A DNA stretch of 64,000 bases, taken from assembly GCF_009914755.1 (NCBI RefSeq), contig NC_060927.1; one strand, written 5' to 3'. Below are positions 1 to 11,500 of the stretch, in pieces (within the stretch, counting starts at the first letter, position 1; every line of letters starts with the position of its first letter). A program made the position numbers and the translations under genes. The stretch comes from the human T2T-CHM13v2.0 reference genome, Homo sapiens. The notes under the pieces were generated by a model. That model was not told the DNA's origin. It saw only the letters and a program-made list of their open reading frames with translations, and searched no databases.

Positions 1-957
1 TTTGCCCTGGCAAAAACTTGGCTTACTATATCTCAGCCTTTAGATGAAATTTTTTACAGAGAAAAACAATCTGTTAATTGTCTTTCACTTGAGTAATGGA
101 ATATATGTGTGTTCATTGTGGGTGTAGATGTGTGTGTATATCCATCCATTAATACGTGTGGTAATAGCTTTGATGTTTTGTCTTCCTTCTTCCCTATCTC
201 GATGCCATTAACCCTGCCACTTAATAAAGGAAATGACTCAAAAAGATGACTCATCCACAATTCCACCTAGCGGAAGAGAAGAAACAAAGAGCAAAAGAGC
301 AGGAAAAGGCAGAAGGGAAAAGAATGGCTATATGACAGATGATTTACAATAGCCTTGCAAATAATTTTTTAATGTATCCCAGCCCTCACACTTTTCACAA
401 AGTCAGTTCCCATTGGAGCTGAAACACGTAACCATTACTCTGCACCCACATGTCTTCTTGGATTTACTGGGAAGGAAAACAATGACTGAGTTAGCAAATA
501 ACATTGTAGAGCAAACAGGACCTTCCAGCAATATTAGCATATTGCTTCCATTAAAGCAATATGCTAATTCCCATTCAACTGCTCAACTGAAATTTTAGGC
601 AGGTAGTTAGATATCTAAGATACCTAAGGTAGAGGTACTCCTGGTTATTTACAAAGCTAATCTGCATCTCCAGAATAAAAAGCCAAGCCTGCTTTAAAAG
701 CAGTGACAGAGAGGTAAAAGGAACAGGAAGAAAGCCAAGGAGACCTCAAGTGTGCTGGGTGTCTTTCTTTCTTTCTTTCTGGAAGAGTTCAGTCAAGTGA
801 GAGACAATAGGACTAAGCAGGATAGGGGGCAAAAGCCTTTGCTTTTTAATATACATCCATAGCTCATGATTTTCTATAACATACTTGAAAATACTCAGTT
901 TTCATTTTGGGTTGGATATAAATTTAGAATCGTGGTTGTTAGAAATAAAGGTCTCTG

Positions 958-1445
958 AGGGGTCATCACAAACTCACAGGCCCACAGGGTCCAGGCAGGC
1001 AGAGTGAGTGCCCCCGTAGGCCTCTATGAACCTAAAGGAGCAGACCACATGCCCTATCCACAGGGAGTGGACCCCCAGCTTCCCAGCAACTGTTGCTTTG
1101 TTGGAATATGGACCCTATGCTGCCAGATCTTCCAAATATTCAAGAGAAGCTGGAAATCTTCTCAAATGTCAACTCCATGAGGGCATGGAGTGTTTTGTCT
1201 GTTTGTTTGTAAGTGTGACCCTGGTGCCTATAAGAGCGTATGGCACACAGTAAGCTCTCAAAAAGGTTTTGCTGAATAAATACATGTAGAAAAGAAAGTA
1301 GACAAGCAAGCAAGCTGGATTTTTATGTGAATGCTCTTAAATTTTAATGTTGACAAATAGATTTTTGTTTTGCATGGCTTAATTAAAAGTAGGAGCCCAC
1401 TTCTGGGAGGACCAAACAAAACTAATCTCAGGGCTAGTTGCGATT
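958..1445 (+). mobile_element. hAT-Charlie DNA transposon fossil (MER102-like), interrupted by an L2 3' fragment
   Basis: Starts ggggtcatcacaaactc...cagggtccaggcagg, contains gccagatcttcc...agagaagctggaaatct, resumes ggatttttatgtgaa at ~1316 and ends gctagttgcga; resembles recalled MER102 consensus. Confidence 0.55.
1164..1286 (+). mobile_element. L2 3' end fragment
   Basis: aatgtcaactccatgagggca...tggcacacagtaagctctcaa...gctgaataaat is the typical L2 terminus. Confidence 0.75.
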
Positions 1446-1479
1446 TGTCACGAAATGCTACTTGGCCATCTCATGTCTA

Positions 1480-1575
1480 ATTCAAGTTCTCTGTGCTGCA
1501 GACAAGAAAACCAAGGCCCCAAGACATTAAGGACTTGTTTAAGGGTCACACAGATGATTAGTGGCAGAGCCAGTA
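1480..1575 (-). mobile_element. MIR fragment
   Basis: cagacaagaaaaccaaggcc...ggtcacacagatgattagtggcagagccag matches the antisense MIR core. Confidence 0.65.
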
Positions 1576-1857
1576 AACCAGTTAACTAACCTTCATCTTT
1601 AAATTTTCCATTTATAGCTTTTTCTTCCTTCATACCTTGCTGTTATTTCAAAAATAAATACAAAAACAAAAGCAAAAGATTAATAAATAAAGTTATATTC
1701 CTTTATAAGATTTCAAAGTATAGCCCAAAGCTTTACAATTAAAAGATAAGTTGCAAGGGAACATGGAACAACTTAGAAAGATACAGGAGGAACCATCCCT
1801 CCTGTGATTTTTCATACAGTCAGCCTGGCAGTGAAATAAGCTCTCCTTTCCAATATT

Positions 1858-2243
1858 TTGTCAGTTAGAGTAGTCCAGGTTATGCTGCAGGTGCAAATAG
1901 CCCCAAGATCTCAGCAGCTTTAAGCACAAGGTTTAGTTTTTGCTCACACTACATTTCCTTCATGGGTCCACTGGAAGTTCACTCTGCATTGTCCTTACCC
2001 TGGGACCCAAGGTGGCATTGTCCATTGCTGTGGCAGTCTAATTAAGTGAGCATGGCAAATGGTACACTGGCTGTTCAAGCTTCTCCCAGAAGTGATGTTA
2101 TCACTTCTATTCATTTATTTTTGGGCCTTGTAAGTCACATGGCCATGCCAAACTTAAGAAGGGCAGGGAAGTACAATCCTACCATTTGCTGGGAATGCAG
2201 GGGGCCAGAAACACTGGTGAACAGTGCTGTTGATTACCACACA
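1858..2243 (-). mobile_element. Old MaLR LTR (MLT1J/K/L-like)
   Basis: ggttatgctgca...aaatagccccaagatctcagcagcttt and agtcacatggccatgccaaacttaagaagggcagggaagtacaatcc are MLT1 motifs. Confidence 0.65.
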
Positions 2244-2879
2244 CAACTTCACCTGCAGAGCTCAAGAGCCCTGTGAAAAGACACTATTTTCCCTCAATGC
2301 ATTCTTAGTTTTAGATGATGTCATGAAATGCACTGACTATATCTACATTTTTTCCCTAAGACTAGTGAAAGGAAAACCAAATGTTCTGCTTATCCACATC
2401 TCCTATTGGATATTCTCCGTTTTGCCCTCTCTCCTTTAAAATTGTTCCAAATAACCTGGTAATCAAGTGCTTAACCAGATGGAAGGAAACAAAAACTTAG
2501 AAATATAGCTTAATTGTAAGTACCATGTTACTATTCTGGGTTTCCAAGTAAGTATACCATCTGCTTTGATGAAGTCCAGTTTTAATGTAGATCATACAGG
2601 CCCTCTCCAACTTCGTGAGCATCCTATCCACATAATCAGCCTGCACACTGTGGGCAGGAGCAGGGCTACATCCATCCTGGAAAATGAAGTGTTTTCAGGT
2701 ACATTATATTTCCTTTCTACATTCTCTGAGGACTCCCCAGGCCATCAGACAGTGCTGTGCACAGGGTGTCAGGGAGCCATGCTTAGCTACTGTGTCCTAG
2801 CTGCACTGATAAGAAAAATTTTGATTTGTCAATAATTGAGTTACCCTCAGTTATGCTGCCCTGAATCAAAGCTATTTTC

Positions 2880-3013
2880 TCTCCTTAATCTAAACTGCGA
2901 GCTCCTCAAGGGAAGTACATTTTCCTTAAACAAAATAAACAAAGGCTTACTTGTTTCTGTACTCTTAGAATCTACATAATCCTACACAAAAGATTTATTA
3001 AATGAATGAATGA
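2880..3013 (+). mobile_element. L2 3' end fragment
   Basis: taaactgcgagctcctcaaggg...atttattaaatgaatgaatgaatg. Confidence 0.6.
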
Positions 3014-3559
3014 ATGGTGCAAGCAATTGATATGAGCTTAAATGCACTGAAAGAAGTTCTTCGCCCAAATATGTTTTATTTGAGGACAGCTTCCTTGGAA
3101 TTGAGAAAGTGGTGAGAGCCCATACAGAATTCTTGGTATTCTCACTGTGTACAATTCATTTTCTTTTGCCATTTTCCCACAGAGAACATTTGGGAGATCT
3201 CAGAGAAAATCTAGAAAGTGGGAGGCTACCGCAGCAGGACTGTGTCCAGTGAAAGACTGGCATGGTGGGAGGCAGAGGGGAGAGTACCAGGAATGTTGCT
3301 GAAATAGCTCTTGCTCGTCCCTCTGTCCTTATTGCTCTGGGCTGGCCTACAAAGACACCTCCACAAGGCCTGTCCAGTGGGCTTTGGGAAGCATGGGGAA
3401 GTTCTCCTCTCCTCACCATCACGTGTCCACATCTGCCTCCTGCTGCAGGCATCCCCAGATTAGAGGAGGGCATGCTATTTGCTAATAATAATGGCAGAAT
3501 AAGTCAGCACAAGTGCCTGGCCCAGCACAAGTGCTTGCTTGTCTACTTTTTTTTTTTTT

Positions 3560-3660
3560 CTACATGTATTTATTCAACCAATAGTCTTTGAGAGCTTACT
3601 GTGTGTCATACACTCTTATAGGCACCAGGGTCACACTTACAAACAAACAGACAAAACTCC
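3560..3660 (-). mobile_element. L2 3' end fragment
   Basis: atttattcaac...tttgagagcttactgtgtgtca...aaacagacaaaactcc. Confidence 0.6.
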
Positions 3661-3974
3661 AATATTATTTGCTAATATTAATAGCAGAATAGGTCGGCAC
3701 AAGTGCTTGGCCCAGGAAAGAGTGGATGCTGGAGCCCAGTAAGAGAAACTTTTCCCAGACCCCTGTCTGTAGTGCACACTTTTCCTTTCTTTTCTTTTCA
3801 TTCACATTTAGATAAAATGTTCTTTAGAGCAAATGTTTCTGTGCTGGGCATGGTTTTTTGGTTAAGATTCCTGAATTCCCTGTCTCAAGAATGGCTGCTG
3901 TTTGGAGAAGTATAGGGAGTGAAAATGTGGCATGCAAGCCAATCACACCCAGAGGAACCAGTGCAAAAGCAAAC

Positions 3975-4160
3975 ACAGAGCCCTTTTTATGTGCAAGATG
4001 GGTAATATTGGCCCATTATATCCTCAAGCACATCTCTGAGGCAAATACTCTATTATCTCATTCTAAAGATGCACGAACTCAGAGTTCAACTTGTCAGGAC
4101 CAAAAGCTACTGAGCGATGGTATTTGAACACAAACAGCACTGCTCTAGCATTCTCAGCTG
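3975..4160 (-). mobile_element. MIR fragment
   Basis: tcctcaagcacatctctgaggcaaatactctattatctcattctaaagatg...ctcagag. Confidence 0.5.
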
Positions 4161-4957
4161 CGATACTAGGCTTCCTGCTTTATATCCTTTTTCCCTTATG
4201 CTTCCAGTTTTTCTTTACAAGAATATACATTTCAGAACAAAGATTTATGTGGGTATTTTGGGAATGCATATACCTTTTATACAATTTATAACATTGTTTT
4301 AATATCAAAATGCATTCTGAGTTCTAAACTCTCAGCTTGCAAATAAACTTTTGGGTCTCACTCTATTTGTAAGCTGGATTTTGTTTTTGGTTTTTAATTT
4401 CATTTTAAATTTTAGGTAGTTAAAACTGTGTTTTAAAGAAACCAGGCAGTCTGGTTCCAGAAAGTCAAGATCCTTTAACATACCTTAGAATTTAAAAGAT
4501 AGATCTTAAGAGATGCATCTTACTTGTTTGTTACGTTCCAAAATCATTGCATACAGAGAAAACCATGTGTCAAAACTACCCTTGAAAATAGGAAGGCTCC
4601 ACACTAGAAGCCAACTTAACCACCTCCAATGTGGGAACAAACTATGGTTACTTCTGCTGAACACTAGGTGAAGTAGCCAGCATTTAGGGACACAAACAAG
4701 TGCATAACTTCAGGATCCCTTCAGCCTAGTGAGATGCTCACTCGCACAGCGACAGTCACAAAGGACTGGGTCCAGCTGAGCAAACACAAAGGGCAGATTC
4801 TCCCAGCTCATACTCGTCCCAGAACAGTTCTTAGATGAAGGAAACCACCAACAGAATGGTTTTGATTATTCTCCTGTCACTTTTCTGCCCCCAGTGTGTT
4901 TTATCAAATTTGAATATGTTAAATGAACGTTTGATGTGACTGAACTCAAAATATGTA

Positions 4958-5273
4958 CAGTCAGCCCTTTGTAGTTATGGGTTCTGCATCCAGGGATTCA
5001 ACAAACTGCAGTTTGAAAATATCTGGGAAAAATAAAAGAACAGTTGGATCTGTACCAAACAAGTACAGACATTTTTCTTGTCATTATTCCCTAAACAATA
5101 CAGTGTAACAACTATTTACATAGCATTTACACTGTATTAGGTATTATAAGTAATCAGAGACTATTTAAAGTATACAGGAGGTTGTATGCAAATACTACAC
5201 CATCTTAACTTGAGCTTCTTATATCCATTGTAGGTCCTGGAACCAGCCTTGCACAGAGACCGAGAGATGACTA
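4958..5273 (-). mobile_element. MER2 (TcMar-Tigger MITE)
   Basis: TA-flanked, cagtcagccct start and gagatgact end; internal cttgtcattattccctaaacaatacag and gcatttacactgtattaggtattataagtaatc match MER2. Confidence 0.85.
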
Positions 5274-7679
5274 TATATAGTGATGCAGGTCAATAGGAAA
5301 CTTAGGGTCTGAGAATGATTTTAAGATAATCACAAAAGCATTCTAATTCTTATTCCTTTACCTGCTTCTGTAGAACATTTTAATATTTAACAGAACCACT
5401 GGTTTCCAAGGGATTCCCTTTAGAAATGCAGTATTAAGAGACGGAGGCATTACTGACTGCTCCAAGTACTTCTGGGGTTCCGATACCTCTTGCCTAATGA
5501 GCCTCTTAGCCCATGTCAGTTTTTAAGTCCACATATCTGAGGAGACTACACTATAGGAGAAGCTGCTTGGATTTTGAGTGATCAGCTCTTCTTTTATTAG
5601 AAGATGATGCTACCGATGTGCCAAGAAGAAGCTCATATTTTAAATTATTTTTCCAAGAGTGTGAATCTGCACCAATCAGCAACACCTTTCTACTAGCATC
5701 CGCTTGGTGCACTGATCAGCAGGCCCTTTGCCTTAGTTGTGGATTTACCTTCTATTATTTGACTCCTAAATTCTTCTTAATTTTTTTAAGATTGGGGGCT
5801 CACCTATGTAAGAAATTAATTCTTTTGTTACTCATATTGGTGTATAAATATAAGTGGTTTTCAGGAAGATTCTTTAGGTAAAGTGGTAGATATGAAGGAC
5901 CAATGACTGGAGTGGGTTTTCAAAGTGTCCTTTGAAAAAGCATAAAACTGAAATACTTGTACTGTTTCATTGGTGTTCGGGGAGAAATGACACTTGCATT
6001 TATTAGACTTCTCCTTTATCCAGTGTATACAGATTTGTGTTTATTTACATCATCCCAGTAGAACTCTATGTCATAAAACTGTAAAAATGCTTAACTCAAT
6101 CATTCATGTACTTGGTTTTATCTTCATTCTGTCTGTACATTGACCCCCATGTCCTAAGTCTTTCAACCATTAAAAATAGTATTAGAGAAGTATTTTTTAA
6201 ACAAATCCCTTGATCCTATGTGAGATCTGTGTCATTCTGAAGAGAGGATGTGAGGTGTTTCTTTTATGTTGGTAAAGGTTGAGTTGCCATGGTAATGACT
6301 TATTGTGCAATATTGGGAGACGTGCTTTAGGAACATGGCATGTGGCAACCCCATATTGGGTTCCTGTTATTATAGTCGTGTCATACCTTGACTTTTCTTG
6401 GTCCCAAACAATCTTTCCATCTTTTATACTATCCGGAATTTGCATTTCTAGTGTAAAGCTTCCTTTTTACTGCTTCCTGTTGCTTTTAGAACAACCAAAA
6501 AGAGAATTATTATGGAAATGGCTTTTATTAAGTATGATAGAGAAACAAAGTTCCCATGATTTTTACAGCATTTTCAAACATGTAGAGTGCTTTGCTTTTA
6601 ATTTCTTCAGTTATGCATTGTTACTACTTTTTAAAACCAAGGAACATCACATAGAACAATTATCAAAAACCAGAATAATTTATTTTGCTTTTTTTTTTCT
6701 CTCACTTCCTCAGGACTGCACATATGTTTCATGAAAATACATGAAGAATTAGGTGTGCTTTTAGGGTATGATCAGAAATGTGAGTCTGAATTAATAGAAA
6801 AATTGAAACCATAATCTAAGCCCTGCTATATCAGCATCTTTTTTAGCTGAATGGATAGACATGTATTTTCACTTAAATAATTCAAGTTCATCCTGTCCTT
6901 GGCAACAGTTTGGTTCTCACAAGCCTTTAGAGTCCAAGCTATATTTTCTATATTAGTCTATATTACAATGCGCTTTAATTAGGAGGCATAATAGGTAAGT
7001 AGAAAGTGGTTTCATTAAGACCTTGCTCTATAATTTTCACTCATCTCCAGGGAAATGTTGCCCATGTATGTTTCCCATGAATCGGTGCCATTTTAGTGAT
7101 TATGTTGAACAGGTTTTTCAGAGGACACCTCATTTATTCATGCATTTACTCATTCAATAGATACTATTGAGCACCTACTTTGTGCCAAGGATGCTAATTT
7201 GATGCCACACGCTCACTTGACTGATGGAGTTCTCAAGTTCGGAACTGATACCAAGTGGGAGCCAGCAGTCACAGGCCTCTCATGTTTCCCAGGCTTTGCT
7301 AGTTTGGGGACTTTTCCTCAGACCCTCACAGTCATATTCATTTTTCAATGGCTCTTTATCACAATATCACTCATTCACTCAACTGGCATTAGTTAGGCCA
7401 GGCTTTCTACCATGCTCAGGTAATAAAAAGACCAGGGTAGTCCCTGCCCTAAGAGGCTTAGTCCAGACCCTTTGGAATCCAGTTCTTGAGAGTGTGAGTA
7501 CAGGGGAGCTCCTTTTCTTATTAACCCCACTAGAATCATAGGTTTTCTTCAAACTCTTTCATCTCTTCAATTCTCCCCTCCCTTTGCTCCTCCAAGCAAG
7601 GCCTTATGAGGGTACAATTCCTGAAAATCATGGCACTGAACTTCATTTGCCCAAGGGCACCCAATATAGTATATGGGAT

Positions 7680-7925
7680 AACAACTTTCATTTATGGAGG
7701 GTTTGTTATATGCCAGATTTAGTGTGAAATACCTTACACCTACTGGCTCATTTAATCCTCACAAAACCATGTGAGGTGGATACTACTATCATTCCTGTCT
7801 TACATATGAGAAAATCAAGGTTCAGAGTAACTGTTCTGAGATCTCTTAGGTAGATAAGTGGAAAAGCTGAGATCTAAACGCAATTTTGTCTGACTCTGGG
7901 GCTCAAGCTCTTAAACTTTGCAGTA
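7680..7925 (-). mobile_element. MIR
   Basis: ctcatttaatcctcacaaaaccatgtgaggt...tgagaaaatcaaggttcagag...gtctgactctggggctcaagctcttaa. Confidence 0.75.
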
Positions 7926-8306
7926 CAGTCATAATTACTCCATGGCAAGTTATGGGTCCCACTGTAGTGTTCATTCTCTTTTATAAACTGATATCCATGA
8001 CACTATTTTTGTTACACTTTATTGAGAAGCACGTCTCTTACTTTTAAATCTCTTCCAAAGTAAATGTGATTCGTAGACCTAGGAAGAGGAAGTGGATACT
8101 ATTATTTGATGGATTTCAGAAAGATTTAAAAATTAAGTAAACAAAATAACTTATCTTTCCTTTGGATACTTGTTCCATGTTTTTAAAAAATATTTTATAT
8201 ATTAATAAATGTATATTAAATATAACATTTCTATATTAAAGAATGTAAGCGTTCAGCATAACATGAAAGTCTGAGATATGTATTGCCAAATTAAAATTAT
8301 CATACT

Positions 8307-8451
8307 GGCCAGGTGTGGTGGCTCACACCTGTAATCCCATCTCTTAGGGAGGCAGAGATGAGAGGATAGCTTGAGCCCAGGAGTTCGAGACCTGCCTGGG
8401 CAATATAGCAAGACCTTGTTCTCCACAAAATGGAAAAAAATAAAATAAAAT
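8307..8451 (+). pseudogene. BC200 (BCYRN1) RNA retropseudogene: Alu-monomer domain plus A-rich region, without the unique 3' C-rich domain
   Basis: BC200-type sequence rather than FLAM: ctcttagggaggc, ggatagcttgagccc, gacctgcctgggcaatatagc, gttctccacaaaatggaaaa; TSD aaaattatcatac(t) at 8293-8306 and aaaattgtcatac(c) at 8452-8465. Confidence 0.85.
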
Positions 8452-9179
8452 AAAATTGTCATACCAACTCAGGAATGCACATATATTTTATTTATTTAAC
8501 CTAATTAGGTTTTATAATTGCACAAAACAAACTTCTCCTCATATTTCCTCAAGTAAGTTGGGGTTTACAAAAAGGATACCCATAAGATAATGAACCATGG
8601 ATGACAGGAATCTTACAGGACTCCAAAGAAAATAATCATAGAATAGCCAGTTCTCCCCTAGAGTGGATACTAGGCAGCTCTAGAAACTTCAGAAGCAGGG
8701 GTTAGTTCATCATGCCTTGGGTGCTTCTCCACCAGTCATGCCCAGCTACTCTGGGGGTCTGCTCCCCTCTCCTGCATCTCTGACTTGCTTATTCATTTCT
8801 TCTTTCCCGTATTTTTGCCTTGTTGCATTGGATGTGCTTATTTATAACCCCTAACTGTCTTTGACATGGCATCTCTATACATCTCTTAAACTGCTGCCCT
8901 ACCTCCTAACAACTTCATTTTCTCAGGATATTCTAGCTAAAATTTCTATGAGAGAGGATCAGATATGCCCAGCTTATAACCATTATCTCTGTCTAGGCAG
9001 AGTTCTGACCATATGTCATAGAATATTGGCAAATATATAGATGTCTCAGGCCTGTAGGGAGGTGCCCACTCTGATCCCAGATGCTTTCAGTGCACAAGAG
9101 TAGTAATGGCAAGGAATGGGATTCTCATGATGAAAAACATTACATTCTCAGTAATCCTTCAGCAATGTGGTCTACTCTG

Positions 9180-9600
9180 ACTCTATGAGATCTGGCATCT
9201 AGCAACTTCTCCAACCTCAATTCTTATCACTACTCTCCCTATTCAGCATACTACAACTATGATACAGTCTCACCATTCCTCACTGCAGCATGCTCCTGCC
9301 TGAGGACCTTTGCACTTGCTGTTCTCTCTACCTGGAAAGCTCTTCTCACAGCATTTGGCATGGCTCCCTTCTGTACTTCATTCAGTTCTCTGCTCAGATA
9401 TTTCCTCCTCCTTGAGATCTTGTCTGGAACCACTGTTTAAAGTGGTAATCACTGTCATTGTCTATCTCCTCACCCCATTTATTCTTCTTTATAGCGTTGA
9501 CCACTACTTGGTATAACTTTAATTATTTGGGGTCTTTTTTGTCTTCTCCCATTAGAACATATAATTAAGAGTAGAAACAACATTTATCATGTTGTAGCTC
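9180..9600 (+). mobile_element. L2 fragment
   Basis: ctcctgcctgaggacctttgcacttgctgttctctctacctggaaagctctt. Confidence 0.75.
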
Positions 9601-10124
9601 AGACTCCATGCCCTGAAAAGCAGATAAGAAACAATTGACAGGAATACTGGCTCGCAAACCTCTCTGTGTCTAAGTAGGATTCTCTTTGCAAAGTTTACTA
9701 CACCAAATTAAACATATTTTAAAAAATCTGGTTAAGGCAAACGTAAGAGCAATAATAAAATAGCATGTCTCTATGGTTGTGATTCAGCCCACTGACATAT
9801 TCAATATTTGAAAGACAGCAGAAGAATTTTGTGTTAATATCAGTCACTTTATTTCCTTCTTGATCTGAGACTTAGAATTCACCTTAATCTGCCCGAAATA
9901 GACAGAAGTGCATGTGTTGAGGCCATACAATCCAAATGCCTTGTCTTTGAGTAGATATGACTACCTTGGAACATGGCTTGAAAGGCATTTTCTCAATAAT
10001 GTATTTTTTTAAGGATGATCCATAATGAGATAGATCAGGATATATTAATTTCTATATGCTAATATTAGCATCATACTTTGAGAAATATGATTTCAAGCCA
10101 TATTTAGCAAGTTAGATATACCAT

Positions 10125-10990
10125 TAATTTATTAACCCATATATAATGTGTACTGTGTGTCACGTATTGTGTTACTGATGCAGATATAGTACTATGGGCT
10201 AGATCCGGGGCTTACATAAGTAAGTAACTCATGGCCCTATCATCAAGCAAGCATTCATTGTAGCATGGGAATTGGAAATATGAACAAATAACTGAATATC
10301 TAGGCTTATGGGATCTATTAGAGAAATATCCCAGGCACAGAGTTGGCACAGAGTAGAAAGTGGTCAGCTGTATCTTGGAGTCAGGGGAAATGGAGAAGAC
10401 AAAGATTAAAAACATTTCAGGAGATGATTAAGACAACAGGAGGCAAGCATTCCAGATAGGTGGCTTTCTTCATTCCTGCTTATCTCCCTTGTTTCAAGTT
10501 CTTGACTCTCTACCATAGCTTTCGTGTCTCCCTCTGGTGCTCACCCAGCATTTGTTTCCCCAGTTCTGCATAGCTCTTAACTTTGCCTGTGACTTCCATC
10601 TGGGATCTCATGTTGTCTAACTCCTGACTCCATGGAATTATGCTCCCTACACCTGCCCACCACCCCAAAATTCTAGCCCAACAGCCAACATTCCTTCCCA
10701 TCCACACTTCTCCATACCTCATAACATGAAAATTTAGGCAAGAACAACATGGACAAAGAAACAAAGACACAAAAATGGTTGGCCTATCAGGGAGCTGCAT
10801 GTCGTTTGCAGTGGGATAGCAGATAGGAAACAAGGACGATGGTAAATGAGGCTGGATAGTGGAAGTAGATCATGAAGGGCTTGGTATACCACTTAAAAAG
10901 AGTTTGGGCTCTATTCTACAGGCCGTGATGAGCTGTGAAATGTTTTTGAGGAGGAGCTATAGCAGAAGCTTGGAGGTTGGATTGAAAGAA
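10125..10990 (-). mobile_element. Degenerate L2 pieces (discontinuous)
   Basis: gtactgtgtgtcacgtattgtg...; gtagatcatgaagggcttggtataccac...gagtttgggctctattct. Confidence 0.45.
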
Positions 10991-11229
10991 CGTGTCGTTT
11001 CTGGGAAAACTACAATGAGATAAACACCTCTTACGGACACTGATCTTATATTAACACCTCCAAATCCACTAGATTTCCCAAAGTGTTGTCTCATCTTTTG
11101 CACGTGTTGCTATTGTGGTTAAGTCATCTGGATATGAATTTGGTGCTCCTTTATTATTTAGCTGGGTCACCCTATCCTGTAGTTATGTCGTTATTGTATT
11201 AAATACTACTAATTATAAGACATAACTGT

Positions 11230-11500
11230 TGTTGAGTTGAGTTTCATCAAGTTAGTTTCAGCTCATTGTTGCAGCTTGTCTGTCCTTTCTACTTGTAGGC
11301 CGGGTACAAATTCCATAGTTGCATCTTCTGATCTCTGTAGAATTGTTAATAGAGTTGTTGAACAGAGTGCAGTATAGCGTAGAAAAGCATTGCACAGAAG
11401 CATTAAGGATTTCCTTCCAGGGAGAAATTGATCTATAATTCAATAGGCTTTGAGTAAGTTCTTAAGTCAGCTACAAAGCCACTTGGCTCCACAGTCTACC
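11230..11500 (-). mobile_element. CR1/L3 LINE fossil (RT region)
   Basis: ttcatcaagttagtttcagctcattgttgcagcttgtc and gttgaacag...tccttccagg...cagctacaaagccac align by eye with antisense L3. Confidence 0.55.

Noticed and set aside
6279-6734. 151-aa hydrophobic ORF
   Set aside because: Non-ATG start; composition reflects T-rich DNA; no homology recognised
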